This document shows, in pieces, positions 12,804 through 26,454 of a stretch of DNA of 64,000 bases. The position numbers and the translations under genes were made by a program. The first letter of the stretch is position 1; every line of letters starts with the position of its first letter. The notes below the pieces were generated by a model that searched no databases, was not told where the DNA came from, and saw only the letters and a list, made by a program, of their open reading frames with translations. The DNA lies in contig NMRA01000881.1 in NCBI GenBank assembly GCA_002633005.1, positions 1 to 64,000 on the forward strand, in the 5' to 3' direction. Source of the stretch: Phoronis australis. Lineage: Eukaryota > Animalia > Phoronida.

Positions 12804-14448
12804 AGGAGAATGCCACCCGATTTAATTATTCTTTTTTGCCGTCTTAATCGGTCTATATCCACATCGCCTCGCATACGGTCGACCTTACCTTGCTAAGAGG
12901 TGTCGCGTTAACCTGTGAGGAAGGTGAGAAACGACGCTAGCGACGTCAGTGGTTCGTATGCAGAGTGAATGCCGCTGTTGCGGTGCATCGTTCCCGCTTG
13001 TCCGAACTAAGCAGCTGCAAGGAAAGCGGGTATATCGTTTTTTTTACGTCCTCGAGAGTCAGAAATGCTTAGGAAGTGGCTCATGGTAGTGAAGACTGAA
13101 ATGTACGCTGTAAATAGCAAGTATGAGGCCGGGAGACATCTCCGTGTCTGTGGCCTACGACGTCGACAGTGCCTCACGAATGCCGGCTTACCAAATAACT
13201 CTATACGTTCCGTTGTCTGAGCTTGTTCACGTCGCCTCTCTAGTATTTCTTCATCACTGTATTCCTGTTCAGATAGCCTGTAAAACTTAACGATCCACCC
13301 GCGAAGTCGGGACTGATAAACTCTAGCTCGTCCTAAGTCGGGATTGCGAGTTGCCATGTTGGCGTTTTTTACTGAGCGTTAGCTGTTTCAAAATGAATTA
13401 TTCTCACCCCAAACCAATACTTATATAAAACTGAAACAAAGTCTGTCTCATTAGATGCAATTTGTAATGCCTTTGGAGTTTTCGTGAGAGCAAATGATTT
13501 GAGAAGCCAGCAATGAATAAATCACTGCGTTACCGGCTTTAGGTGCAATAAAACTAATTGACGCGGGGACACCGAGGCCGTGTGAGCTCATGCTAATTTA
13601 GTGTTTGCTGGCAGAAACTGTTGTGAAACAACTCGTTTTCCATCCCACGGTCAGGTGTTTGGTTAATTTTTATTTACATTTTCATTACTCAAACAATGAT
13701 TGTCAATGTACAACTTCTGCCCTGCTGACGGTGCTGTGGCCAAAGCGGAACATGAATTCGCGGCCCCCGACGAGTAAGTAGATTTGCAGTTTAGTGGCTA
13801 ATTCACCAACATAATGACGTGCACATTGCTTTGGCTCACTAGTATTGTATTTTCTTGACTGGAAGTTTAATTTTCATTGAACTTTGGCCGGTTTATGTTC
13901 GTGAAGTCTGATCCGAGTTTCCGAGCCACTTGCCGGGACGAATCCGGCCGGCCGCGACGGGCCTGATCGGGCTCTGAGCCAATCGCCAGGATAACAAGCG
14001 TTTTGTGTTTAGAACTAAAAAATAACAAGTATAAACAACACAGATCTAGGCTCTCCTGTCTATATCTCACGGAAAATACTTCGAAATTATCTCCGAACAC
14101 ACCCCAAACTCCCGCGACGGACCTTATTGGCCTGCCGAACTTTGTAGGCTACGGTGTATCCAAAAACCAATAAATCCGTAAGAGCGAAATAAAACAAGAA
14201 CTCGGTGTATTTTTAAGTTTGATGATTTATTGGTGTTAAACGATGACTTCAAGCGATAAGCTGACACCAGTAACCCGTGTTGTGAACTGCTGAACAGATT
14301 GCGAGTGAAACCGATGACGTCATTGGAAAATTTCAACACCTCCGTCTGCCGTCAGGTGTCAGGTAACGCAACCGTACGTGTCGTTATGGAGTAGAACTAC
14401 TCCATCTAAATTGATACAAATTAGGTTGTTTTTGGGTAGCATGCTCCT
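12804..14448. mobile_element. Kolobok-type non-autonomous DNA transposon
   Basis: TTAA on both sides; imperfect TIRs AGGAGAATGCCACCCGA / TTGGGTAGCATGCTCCT; removing it restores the host tandem repeat. Confidence 0.8.
13192..13357 (-). pseudogene. Putative first exon of a Kolobok accessory (KolX-like) gene
   Basis: AACATGG start; MATRNPDLG...YRLSEQEYSDEEILERRREQ; followed by a G|GTAAG donor; lies inside the Kolobok element; KolX resemblance is from memory of an acidic EY.DEE..R motif. Confidence 0.35.
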
Positions 14449-17139
14449 TTAAACATGGGATTGGGTAGAGAACAACTACGCAATGGGGTCAAAGGAGTCT
14501 CAAGAACAGAAATGAATGCTTATACAATTTATTGTAACCATACTCAGAATGTTTTAGCTTTTGATTTAAGTTAATTGATCTGTTTGATCATTGTCTTCGA
14601 TGTCGTGTGGCTCTACTGTTGACATAGTTGCCTGTGAGAGTGTCTTGGCATTTGGCAACGGCTGAGTCACTCAGTGCCCTCTTTGCAGCTTCAATTTTCG
14701 TACATTTATTCTCTGTTATAGACTACCTCCGTGGGCGTTTGTGTGATAAGTGTATAAATTGTCGTCTGAAATCGAATTTTCGACTTTTTAGTTTAAATAT
14801 CGAGTTTTTAGCTCGAACCTACATGTATGGGCCATCAAGTGCCAGCATCTACCATTACATACCTTACTCGAGCAGAGAAAAAGACCCGTATAGTAGTCAA
14901 AAATAATTTCGAGACGTACAAAGTTAAAGATCATCTCCACAACAAATTTAGCTAAAAATACCTTCATCCTAGAGATGCAGAAACCGTCTCTCTTTATCAA
15001 ACACTGAACCAGGCACCAATTTCAAATGCCAAGTTTTATTTTCATAATGGAATAGGTAACTATTACTGAAAAACCGATTCGTGGCTACTGCATTGTAGTT
15101 AGATTTTTTACTGGTTCTTAGATTATAGTAACTTTGAATGTCAGGCCATGTGTGTGTAGTCCATGATTAAGGAACGGCATTTCAGTCCACCAATGATTTT
15201 TTTTCATCCGAGTCCCTCGGTACTAACCAGTAATAAGACCAGCCCGCGATAGCTTTATCTCGATACCTTTAAAAGACTCTTCTCACCGTACGTTCCGTAA
15301 TAATTTCAGACCAACTGCCTTGTTCTTGTCACAGGCGCTCGAATTTCTCGATCACTCATAACCATATATAAGTTTCTTAGTAGTGAGTGACATCAGTGGT
15401 GACCGGAACAGATAAACTCGAGCATCTGTGGTTCTTGCTTGGCTGCAAAGGTTGTCAGGCAGCTTTCTTAATTTCAAGATAACGTGCGTGATCTTAGAAT
15501 TCCGAGTTCACGTACGACTCACTCCTGTGTGATCTTGAGATAAAAGCGCTACTCCAAATTCACGAACGGCAAATTCACGTGTTTGTCGACACGAAACGGA
15601 TATTAATACGCAAAAAGTTGACAAAGAAAATACCTAATTTTATGTTCTACGAAACACCAGATTGAAAGAATCATTTTCATTTAAAATTTATTTCATGGCC
15701 GTTGAAATAAAACGCTGCCAACATGGCAGCAATTTGAGATTAGTGTATATTTAGTGTATATTTCCTAAAAGTTTTGTACGTCAGCTTTTCAGTTAATTCT
15801 CGTGCCTGTAGAATCCTTATATTTGATTTTGAAAGACGGGTGACAAACAGCTTGATAGCATTTTCACCCATTTTCTAGACAGAATTAAATAAAGTTCAAC
15901 AGAAAAGTATCTAAATGTGTTCATTTTCGCCGCGAGCAATCATTGCACAACATTACATAACCCGGGCTGATAGTCGAGTAATAGATGTTGGCCTTGGCCA
16001 GATAGCTGACCTAGCTTAGAAATTTAAGAATCGCATGCCACACTCTTTGAGTAATTTTTCCAATTTCACCCGTCGTGATTGGCCAATTTTCCGAATCCAG
16101 TCTCAAGTAAAGTTTGATGGTAGCGGATGCATTGAAAAGCAGAACTGAATTTTTTTTATTTTACTGCCTGCATACGTTTTACTGTTTTTTGTAATAATGT
16201 CCTGTTTGTAATCATTTGTATGTCTTGTGTTTAAAGGTGGATCCTGAGTCGGATCATTGCAGCATTTATCAGCCGATTTTACGGATTTTATTACATCCAC
16301 CTGTCATTAGATTTGCATTTGACTAAATGACCACTAGCTGTCTCCGAGGGTTCAGAAAGTGGGCATTGCGGCTTCTCTCTTTTCCAGAGTAACAAATAGG
16401 TGGCGCTGTGACAGAGTTAACAGTGCGACCTGATCTAATTTGTCGCTCAACCCTACCCCAAGTGATGTAAGCAGTCCTCCTTTTGCCAGCCGATAGCTAT
16501 TTCATGGAGCTAGCGATAACTTTGATCGAAAATATGCTAAAAACCAAAAAATACAACAAGGTAAGACTTTCTTGTCCATAAACTTAGTCGTTTTCACTGT
16601 TCTTTGGTCTTGAATTAAATTCAACCCAATTAGGCGACATGTCACGTGCAATTTACTAGGTCACGTACAATCCTCCGTTTACAGCCACGTTTCCTTATGA
16701 CCAAGATCACAACTTTTTGTTCAGGTGACCTATAATTTGCATATTTGTGACAAAAATTATAAGTGTAGTTTAACAGTCGGTGTCCAAGCTATCATTCACA
16801 GGCAACTGATTCCATACATATTGTTTAGAATAGTTTTTCAATCAAAAAGTAATTCAGATGAATTGAGCGGTTTCGTTACACTATCATGTCGCCTGTATGC
16901 CTAAGGCATGTACTGCCTAGGTTGGATAATAAAAGGTCGATTTAAATCCTCTGTGGTAAACTTGAGACTTTCATAATATCGATTCATAATTTTCGCCGAA
17001 TCATGTAGTCAAAGCTCATGAGATTTTTAGATATTTAAACGCGTTGACCTGCCTTTTGATGCATCGAAACTCGTTGGAAAACGGTCGAGTTTTCTGAGAA
17101 AAGAGCTGATCCAGGCCAACCATGCTCAACTCAAATTCG

Positions 17140-17420
17140 AGTGGTCTACATCATAAATTAAATAATCTATGTTCTATATGAGAGCATTTGGGGGAAGACT
17201 AAGGACCCTCCGTGTACCCAATCGATTTTACAAGGTCGCTGGATCATTGAAAAAATACTCACTAAGTACAAAGTATCTCCACAGGGCCGCAAGATCATGC
17301 CACCTGATTCAGGCACTCAGTTTAGAACGCTGGTAACACAACAGCAATTATGAAATGGATTTTGAAGCTGCTTCAAGCCCTTTTTAACCATATAAAAAGG
17401 AAAATTAAATTCGGCATTTT
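17140..17420 (+). mobile_element. Highly decayed LINE (L2/CR1-group) RT C-terminal remnant
   Basis: Fragmentary translation IWGKT...SIYK...STKYLH resembles the VWG.T...IYKLQK...Y.H region; broken frames. Confidence 0.3.
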
Positions 17421-18637
17421 ACTTTAATAAAAACTGGATGATATTTTATCTTCGCTACCAACAAGAACATCGAAACCATCAGCGACCCAAGAAAATGCTT
17501 CATTTTTTGCGAATCCGGAAAAGGCACATGTAACCTTGCGTATTGCTTGTGACTTTAGTTAGTAAAGGGAATGGAATCCTGTAACATAACGACATCGATT
17601 ACATTGGAGTAAAGTGCATAATTTGATTAATTTTTCGTTTTTAGACAGCTAAACAGGGCGAAATACAGTTTAAGACCAATTGTACAACATCGTTTGGTTT
17701 CCAACATAGACATGTCTAGTTTCCAATTGACGGAGCACGAATTTTAGCACTGAGATGATGCGGGGAAAATGACTGTGAGCAATCGAGAGCTTTGGGAGCT
17801 ACACTCACTCTCGTCGTTCAGTCGTTTGATAATAATAGCATCACTTCGTCGCACTAGGAATTGTGCCGTGTGGTAGTCAAATAAAGGCAATTTGAAAATC
17901 ATGGGTTGGTTCCCATAAACAGACGTAACGCGGATTTTAGCGAAACATTTACCAGACAATTCTGGAAAATGATAAACAATTGCCGGCTAATCTACCATCG
18001 AAACCTATGCTCATTCATGTCTTTGGAGAATTGATAAAGATGAACGACAGAATTTTGGCGACAAAAATGTTTTTCATTAGGAAAACATGATAAAATCTTG
18101 AAAAATAGAACATCGACTGGTTACCGCATTATGTGGTTCCTGTCGCATAGAGCAATTTACTTGACGCCTTTCTGAGCACCAATCGCCCGTCGCGTTTCGA
18201 TGGGACGATGATCCCTTTTATTTTGTATTAACGGTAAAAGCCATGATCTGATGTTAAGAAACAACTTTCTCTGTCGTATAAGCTTTTCCGAAGCAACTTT
18301 GTCACGTTCTTATCTTCTGTTCCAATTTCATTTTTGAGTTAATTTCGGAAGCTAAAATAACGTTCTCAAGGTAAAAAGTCATTTCCGTTTTTAAGAAACA
18401 AAATGAAACCGATTTTACGATCAAGTAGTCAGGAGTTTTCCAAGTTTTGAAAGAAAGCGTGTCGTTTATTCAAATTTTGAAATGGTGCATTTCAAAAAAA
18501 ATACCATGTTAGTGAGGTTTTTCGCCACTTTCTTTGTTTTGTATAGTTACTGGCTTCAAAAGCTCCTTGATAACCTAGCGGAATTTAAATAGACCGGCTA
18601 CTCCCGAGCTACCGTAACGACGAACGAGGCCAATTTC

Positions 18638-19240
18638 TATGGTGGGCTGTTGAGGGGAGAGTATCGCCGTAAAATTACGCTCGTAATTACGAGCGTAAAT
18701 TAAATTGCAGGAGTGTCGCCGTACAATTACGCTCGTAAATTAATGAGGAAATTTTGCCGTAAAATTACGCTCGTAATTACGAACGTAAATTAAATTACAA
18801 AAGTGTTGTAGTAAAATTACGCCCGTAAATTAAATGGGGGAAATGTCGCCGTAAATTACGCCCGTAAAATACCGTAAGAACGTTCCAAATTTAAACCAAT
18901 CGGTGTTAACCTAACATACGCGGCTGTTCCTGGGCAGCTCGTTCTTGCACAATCGCTGACATTGCAGCAGCGATTTGATCCGCCATGATTCAACGCTCGT
19001 AGCGTAGACATGTAACCCGTCAGTAAATAAGTATTAACATGAGCGCGAGCGACCGTGAGTTGTAAAATCGAAGGTCATTGGCTAAGAGTTTAAACTAAAT
19101 TAAGAGCGTAACTTTACGCCGTAAAGAATTAAATTACGCTCTTAATTTTACGGCGTAATTAATGGCGTAAATAACGGCGTAATGTGCATGATTACGCTAG
19201 TATTTTTCCGGCGACACTTTCCCCCCAACGGCCTATCATA
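18638..19240. mobile_element. IS3EU-type non-autonomous DNA transposon, 603 bp
   Basis: TAT...ATA termini; imperfect TIRs of about 40 bp; exact 6-bp TSD AATTTC (18632-18637 and 19241-19246); internal arrays of CGCCGTAAAATTACGCTCGTAA. Confidence 0.8.
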
Positions 19241-19641
19241 AATTTCTGGGTATAGAAATGTAGTCCCGTAGAGATTACTTACACAAAGGAGCCGCTTTGT
19301 TCAGAATTACTTCAGGGTAGACAGTTGACCTTCTTCGCTCCACAGAGGCACTCTCATTAACAGCAATATTTTTCTCATTAATACACTTCTAGTTCGTGTC
19401 ACGAACTACTGTGTTTTTTTCTCATGGGCCGCATAAGTAGTCATGTCAGTCCCACCATAGTTTCCGTAGCGAAGCCCAATAAGCGCAAAATATACATGGC
19501 GGAAATCCTCTGCAGGCATATTTGTTCCGTTGATATGTCACTGAAACTAATACCGGACAGAGCCATACATGACGAAGGGTCCTGGACACAGAGTGGTATA
19601 TCTGAGATTCTAATTCTATGACTTCTGGTTGGTATCCGGTT

Positions 19642-19748
19642 CAGCCTCGTCCCCAAGCCTTAACATGGCGCAGATGGGTTTAACGTTACACCAAGGACGG
19701 TTTCTGCCTGGACCGATCAGCGCCCTCTTGAGGCTTGGGACGAGGCTG
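19642..19748. mobile_element. Small Academ-like MITE, about 107 bp
   Basis: TIRs CAGCCTCGTCCCCAAGCCT / AGGCTTGGGACGAGGCTG; no clean TSD. Confidence 0.5.
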
Positions 19749-20658
19749 GGGTGTGACATTTGGGCCAAGACTAAAAAGTTGGGCAAAGAATGAAACGGAT
19801 GGGTCTAGAAGCTGACGGTTAGTGATGGTACTTTGAATTTGAGCATATTTGAAAAAATATTTCGTTCGAACTTGTGGTCTGTTTATAATAAATTTGCCTA
19901 GTGTACCCTTATAGGGGCTATTCGACGTAGTTTTAGCTTCTATCAGTTTTTTGTCATTTTGTTCTCACAATGAAATATTGCTCACTTGGTGTTTTGTGTA
20001 AAAAATCTAAACTAACCGCTTGACTCAAAAGATGGACGACACACAGGTTCATGGCCATTACTCGTGCCAGTCTCAATACTTACGAGCCTTTCATTCGTAT
20101 TAGTTTTAGGTTATAACTTGTTTTAGTAGCTACATGTACCAGATGCCCATGAAATAAGACTGCCTGTGAGAAATTAAAGTTTCGTAAAAGTAATACCACA
20201 TCAAAAAAGTTTTAAACAACGAATAGCAGGATTATACTATATTTTGGTCAAGGTCAATTACTTTTATTCCAGATGTGTTGAGTAAGTCGCTGTTCGTACA
20301 TACAAGCCACCATTCAAATTAACTGACTTCATAAATGAAAAGGACAGTTACGCTTAGTCATGAAAAATGTTTGACCACACAACAACAGACAATTGAAGAA
20401 GACATTAAGGGTACGCTACGCCGTCACCATGACATAAATCGATGAAACAACTTTAATCGATGTAGTACTCTAATCGGAAGCGCTTTTGGGCTTAAAAACC
20501 TTACCGCACTCGTTGGTTTGTTGTCGAATAAGCCAGCAACATAAGTAACACGCAATGGGTAGATGCGCAAATTTCGCATTTGCAATTCTAGTGTTGGCCA
20601 ACTCCAATAAACTCTGAAATGTTTTCTTGAGTCTCTGGCGGTTTCAATGATCTTGTTA

Positions 20659-22010
20659 CCGGGGTTTTCCGTAGATAAGCCCACCCGATGAAACGCCCAT
20701 GTGCGTTTATTCGGAAAATTATGCCGAATATACGTCCATGGGCGTTTATTTGGTGTTGCAACTTCTCGTGTCAAGTGTCGAGATAATGGTGCGTTTATTT
20801 GGAAAATTTCACTTTAAAAGCCCACTTAGCGTCAACTTTTAGTCACAAAGTCAGTTTTGTGGAGTATTTATCAATTATAAAAACGAATGAAGTGTTGCCG
20901 AACTATGCATTTATTACTATAGAGTTTTTAAAAACTGTTTTAAATAAAAAATCAGCCAGAAAACCTCTTAATCCACGTGTATTCAGTCCATGTCGATGTT
21001 TTCATCCAGCTCCTCCTCCGAATTTCTTTCCACCTCCGAGTCGCTGAAGGGATCCTGCGACTTGCCGTCCATCTCTTGGATACCCACGTTGTATCGCATG
21101 TGTTCGCGAATCCGGGGTTGAATAATACGGTAGAGACCATTTGCCAATCAACATTCGAATGCTCTGATAATGATGTCTAGCGGGATTTTCCACATGGATG
21201 AAGATACAAATTCCAGAAGTTTCACACAGGATGGGGGGCTGCGATATCCTCTCGAGGGTGTTTTCTTTCTCGCCGCCGTTTTCAAGCCAATGAGAAACAA
21301 CATGACCGCCGGACCCAAAACATGACCGCCGATCTTCCAAATCGGACCAACTCACCACTAAACAGGATCTACGGGATCAAATGAGACAGACGCACCTAAA
21401 AACATAACCGCTCTACCACAAAACAGGACCGCCGCAGACCAAACGTGACCGCCGTGACAAAATGTAAATTATCAATGTCTTTGTGCGAGAGTGCGGGGTA
21501 TGACGTAACCGGCCAGCTAGATGTATGAAGACTGTCGTCAAAATATGTAATGTGTAATGTGCTCCGTTAGGCCCCGAAATGTCCCACGCTCGAACTTGTT
21601 ATTTTTCATAATACGTGGTGGGAGTATTCAAGCCGAAGTTCATAGATTTTCTACTAAGTGTCCTTGGGTGCTATCAACTTCCGCCACACGGAGGTCTAGA
21701 AGTGTCATGCACATTAATTTTCTTGTCTCGCTGGGCAGATATTGCAAAAATTGATAAGTTGCTACACAATTAACGTTAACAGGTATTAACATTCCTTTTA
21801 AGGACTACCAATCCACCCAGAAGGGCTGTTTCACTTACAAAAATACATATCGCGCATCATGCTGGTATTTACGTAGCCAAAATTATGACTTTCCGTTTAC
21901 ACACCCCCTTTTTCGAATAAACGCCAGGGCGTTTATTGGTGTTACTAAAATGCCTGAAACTTATCACTTTCCGAATACACGCCCAGGGGCTTATCTACGG
22001 AAAACACCGG
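20659..22010 (-). mobile_element. Internally deleted pogo-family transposon
   Basis: 24-bp TIRs CCGG(G/T)GTTTTCCGTAGATAAGCCC with TA TSD on both sides; minus-strand remnant at about 20983-21300 reads WLENGGEKENT...PPSCVKLLEFVSSSMWKIPLDIIIRAFEC* plus an acidic tail, like a pogo transposase C-terminus. Confidence 0.85.
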
Positions 22011-22405
22011 TAGTAATGGAAATAGACTCCTTGCTGAGTAAGGAACATTATGAGGCCAATGAGCTTAAGTGACTTGATTAATCATGTTTTAATTCCTGGG
22101 CAGATAAACACTGAGGAAGTGCAGTTTTATGATGCAACATTGTCATTGAGAGTCAGTTGTTGCTTAGGAACAGGCATGGCGGTGCTCTCTAAAGCCGTGG
22201 GTTTGACTGCTTGTGAAATCACAGCTTTTGATTTAATTTAATAACTTGGATTAACCAAATATGGCTGGACATTTTTTAGTGAAAGAATAAACTAGTTGGC
22301 GTGATGTAATTGAAAGCATGAAATTTCACTAATCACTTCACGTCAAAAAGTTGATTTGACACTGAAACTCGTCTGATTGCACTCCACGGCTTTGACTTTG
22401 AAAAT

Positions 22406-24142
22406 GCTTTGTTATGATTTTTATAACAAAATTAAGTTTGATATCGTTCAAGATATAGCTTTCCAGCTGTTTATAGACCCTAATCCTTTCATATCAACTG
22501 TGCTTCATTCAGATATCAAATTGGTTCAAACAGCTTGGTACCTTGCTCCATTATAGCTGTTTTGCACACCAGTAATCGTTTCAACTTAAAGATGTATTTA
22601 CATGCTCCTAACCATGTTAATGTATAGCAGAAACTAAATGACAATGTTGTTTTACCATAATCTATGCTAAATAAAGTGCAATTGTATTCACTGAGAACTT
22701 TTAAATGTGAAAATAAAAAAATCTGCAAATGGGTGACCTTTGTACTAATGACGTACATCGCGGGCTCACATATCCCACATCATGCAGTGTTATTCCCCAG
22801 CACCACGTCACGGTACTTACTGGACACGATTCAATGACAAAAATCGTCCTTAAAAACATCTTGCACTTGCGGCAATACAACCACCCTCCACAACAACCAA
22901 CCAACCAACTTTTGGTTTAGACTGTTATTTCTTTAGTCAAATTGGAGATTATTTATGGGATTTGGAAGAACTGACAGTTCGTTATTGCTTGAGACTAGGC
23001 TCCAGCTTTTAGTTGGCTTGTAACAACGTGTCATTTTAGATGCTGAGCAGGATCCCAAGGAGTAAGGCACAGACAAATTTTACAAACCTTGCACCTGAGT
23101 AACGAACAAGTTGAGACCATGTTTACAGCGGTAAGTGGTCTGAGACATGTTCCCAGCTTGAACGGAACCCAGCTTCAACTAACCGTTATGAACCTCTTAA
23201 GTTGGGTGACAGGATTAGGTGTGCTGGCGGTTAATGCGTAGCACAGCTGTCTTCACGCTATTAGACAGCCAAANGCTTTGTTATGGTTTTTATAACAAAA
23301 TTAAGTTTGATATCGTTCAAGGTATAGCTTTCCAGCTGTTTATAGACCCTAATCCTTTCATATCAACTGTGCTTCATTCAGATATCAAATTGGTTCAAAC
23401 AGCTTGGTACCTTGCGCCATTATAGCTGTTTTGCACACCAGTAATCGTTTCAACTTAAAGATGTATTTACATGCTCCTAACCATGTTAATGTATAGCAGG
23501 AACTAAATGACAATGTTGTTTTACCATAATCTATGCTAAATAAAGTGCAATTGTATTCACTGAGAACTTTTAAATGTGAAAATAAAAAATTTTGCAAATG
23601 GGTGACCTTTGTACTAATGACGTACATCGCGGGCTCACATATCCCGCATCATGCAGTGTTATTCCCCAGCACCACGTCACGGTACTTACTGGACACGATT
23701 CAATGACAAAAATCGTCCTTAAAAACATCTTGCACTTGCGGCAATACAACCACCCTCCACAACAATCAACCAACCAACTTTTGATTTAGACTGTTAGTTC
23801 TTTAGTCAAATTGGAGATTATTTATGGGATTTGGAAGAACTGACAGTTCGTTATTGCTTGAGACTAGGCTCCAGCTTTTAGTTGGCTTGTAACGACGTGT
23901 CATTTTAGATGCTGAGCAGGATCCCAAGGAGTAAGGCACAGACAAATTTTACAAACCTTGCATCTGAGTAACGAACAAGTTGAGACCATGTTTACAGCGG
24001 TAAGTGGTCTGAGACATGTTCCCAGCTTGAACGGAACCCAGCTTCAACTAACCGTTATGAACCTCTTAAGTTGGGTGACAGGATTAGGTGTGCTGGCGGT
24101 TAATGCGTAGCACAGCTGTCTTCACGCTATTAGACAGCCAAA
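22406..24142 (+). repeat. Direct duplication with 869-bp period, joined at a single N (probable haplotype-overlap assembly artefact)
   Basis: 22406-23273 vs 23275-24142 differ by roughly a dozen substitutions; the N at 23274 sits exactly at the junction. Confidence 0.9.
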
Positions 24143-25089
24143 ATGGCACCCATTAGGGTTTAAATTTACCTGCCCCAGTTTTATTAAAAATTTATACGTG
24201 CTCGTTGGCTGGGGGAATTTTAAGTTTGGTGCTGCATGTGAATGCTACGCTTGAGTTTACAATCTATTCTGGTTGCAAGATTGACAATTGTTGACCCATT
24301 GACCACGACATTTTTGTTCAATCGTAGCTTTTCTAAACCTTTACTGCTTGCAAGCGGGAAGTTTGAAACTGAGCAGAAAATCCAGGTACCCTTCTGACAA
24401 TTTCGACTTGTAAAAAATCAGGCTGCTCGACACCCACTTTTCACATGACGGCGACATCCCGTTGCTCCCAACTTGTTCGATTCTATAGCCCAACAACAAG
24501 TTGGGAAGTTTACCCCCGTAGCCAATATCTTACACGACTGATTAACTCCATTCTAGCATTTATGGTTGGAGTGCCTGCGCTCTTTTGTTCGATAATTGCT
24601 CTGATCTCCGATCAGATTGTTTCTTGCATAACTGGGCTGGGCTGATAAAAAATGAAAGTTAAGTTATAACATATTTGAGCTTAAACTAATAGCATTTCTG
24701 AATTCCTCGTCAAATGCTGATCATGTTCCGTTTTTGAATCACCAAAGTCGCCCAACTACAACACAAGTTAAGACAATCTATTCTGTCCAAACGGATTACC
24801 AACGCACTGAGTTTGACCAATGAGCTATAGCTCATTGGTTTGACTGTGTTCATACGCGTTCGGTAATTAGCGTGCAACCACCATACGTTTCCATTGAAGC
24901 CTGGGAGATAATTGGCCTGCTTGTTATCATACGGGACAAAAGACTGAGCTGGGCAGTTAATGAAGAAGCTAGATGTTATCACACGCTCAGAACCCCCGAC
25001 GTCTGGTGAAGTCACTGAACGGGAAAACGTTGTTATTGTGAAAATTGGCATGAAGTCGACGGCTGACGATGATTTTCCGACGACTTCGT

Positions 25090-25410
25090 CTGCTGTGGCG
25101 CCTCCTAGTGGAAGTCTTTTTGCGTCTACGGCTGTAACTCCTAATCCGTTTGCAGGATCTTTACAAATTTAGTAAGGGTATACAGATGTTAACAATGGAG
25201 GACGACGCCTTTCGGACAGATCTGACTACTGGTGTGCCACCTAGTGGCAATTTTATTTTTTTTACGTTCACCTCTGTATATTCAAAGGTCCTCAACGTAT
25301 TTTAGTAAAATTTGGCACACAGGCATCTGTTAATGAGGTGACGCTATCTCTCCGTTTTCAGATGGATTCGACGTACTTTGCGCCACCTAGTGTCCATTTT
25401 TTCTGTTTTC
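25090..25410 (-). repeat. Inverted copy of the repeat family at 2640-3940
   Basis: GCCACCTAGTGGC..TTTTACGTTCACCTCTGTAT..AAATTTGGCA is a reverse-complement relative of 3640-3790. Confidence 0.6.
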
Positions 25411-25801
25411 GAGTCTGTTCCGTCAGTGGTAAAAGCTGAAAGCAATACTTTGGAGTCAGTTGTAGCATGATTTGAGTAAGGTTTTGAAGTCTTTGGTCCA
25501 GTATAACGTTCAATCATATTTTTAAGGTTACGTACATCCTGTGGAGCAGACTGTTGGAGCTGCCAAAAATTGCTTTTTCAAGTCCAAAATCAGCAAAAAC
25601 TGTTGAGTGTCAACCAAAGTTTTGTTTGTTGCCATTGGTGGTTTGGTGTTGAGAATAAGCTAACTTAGTTGTCGGCGAGGTTACGTTTCCATAAGTCACG
25701 TGGGCTGTCACCCATTAATGTTCCACAAAGCTGATTGGTAGCCTAGTTCACATAAGACGCCATTAGGCTTAAAAGTGAATATTTGTTTCACATTAGGCTT
25801 G

Positions 25802-25807
25802 TTTATT
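25802..25807 (-). terminator. Polyadenylation signal AATAAA of the peptide gene
   Basis: AATAAA on the minus strand 25 nt after the TAA stop at 25833-25835. Confidence 0.55.
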
Positions 25808-25832
25808 CTGACATATATTCCCGGGTGTACAT

Positions 25833-25956
25833 TTAGTCGTGAGGTCTATCACATTTCTTTATGTTCAGCAAGCACTTAAATCCTTGATCTGCACAGTCAC
25901 TGTCCCTGTTGCAAGTTCGTCGAAAATTCACCATTCCGCTTTCCTTAGCAACGAAC
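25833..25956 (-). CDS. Exon 2 of a small secreted Cys-rich peptide precursor: (R)FVAKESGMVNFRR-TCNRDSDCADQGFKCLLNIKKCDRPHD*
   Basis: Acceptor TTCATGTTTGTGTCTCAAG|G; phase 2 matches exon 1; dibasic RR followed by C-x5-C-x6-C-x6-C; AATAAA downstream. Confidence 0.7.
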
Positions 25957-26454
25957 CTTGAGACACAAACATGAATGATGGTCGTACACGTATATTTCTC
26001 TAAGACGTAATTGGCTGGAACGGATATCTCGATTGATATGCCAGAAACCTTGCTCGAATACCATAATTTTCTCATAAACCATAAGTTTCCAAATGCAGTG
26101 TAAAGAAAGATTTCGTTTGTTGTAACTAGACACGTACTAAATAATGTGAAGTTGGTGCTGAGTCTTGTCACCGGTCAGGCGTAAAGAGAAGGGCGGTTTA
26201 TAAGACGAGAAATTAATTCGTAAGAATTGAATTGTTGTTGATGACAAAAGAACTACAGTTCGTAAGAAAACAATATAGTAGTGAAACGGCCGCTGTTCAT
26301 ATGAGAAAGACCGTGTAGGCCTTGAGAGAGTTAAGTTGTCTATCACTCGCCCGAGTTCGAGTATCACAGCGTTTGCAAAAAGAGGGTACACCTGAATTTC
26401 CAATACCCAAGTCGAAAATCACGCGATCCGCAACATTTCAGCAGATATAATGTT

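Larger units (their letters stand above)
12548..14550 (+). repeat. Two-copy tandem repeat of about 175 bp; second copy split by a Kolobok insertion
   Basis: Copy 1 at about 12548-12721; copy 2 starts at about 12722, runs to the TTAA at 12800-12803 and resumes at 14453 (ACATGGGATTGGGTAGAGAACAA vs ACTTGGATTTGGATAGAAAACAA). Confidence 0.75.

Noticed and set aside
16231-16302. Kolobok-like end TTAA-AGGTGGAT with an 8-bp inverted repeat
   Set aside because: No TTAA at the right side and too short to call
22516-23789. Pairs of near-identical ORFs suggesting duplicated genes
   Set aside because: Explained by the 869-bp probable assembly duplication; no protein features
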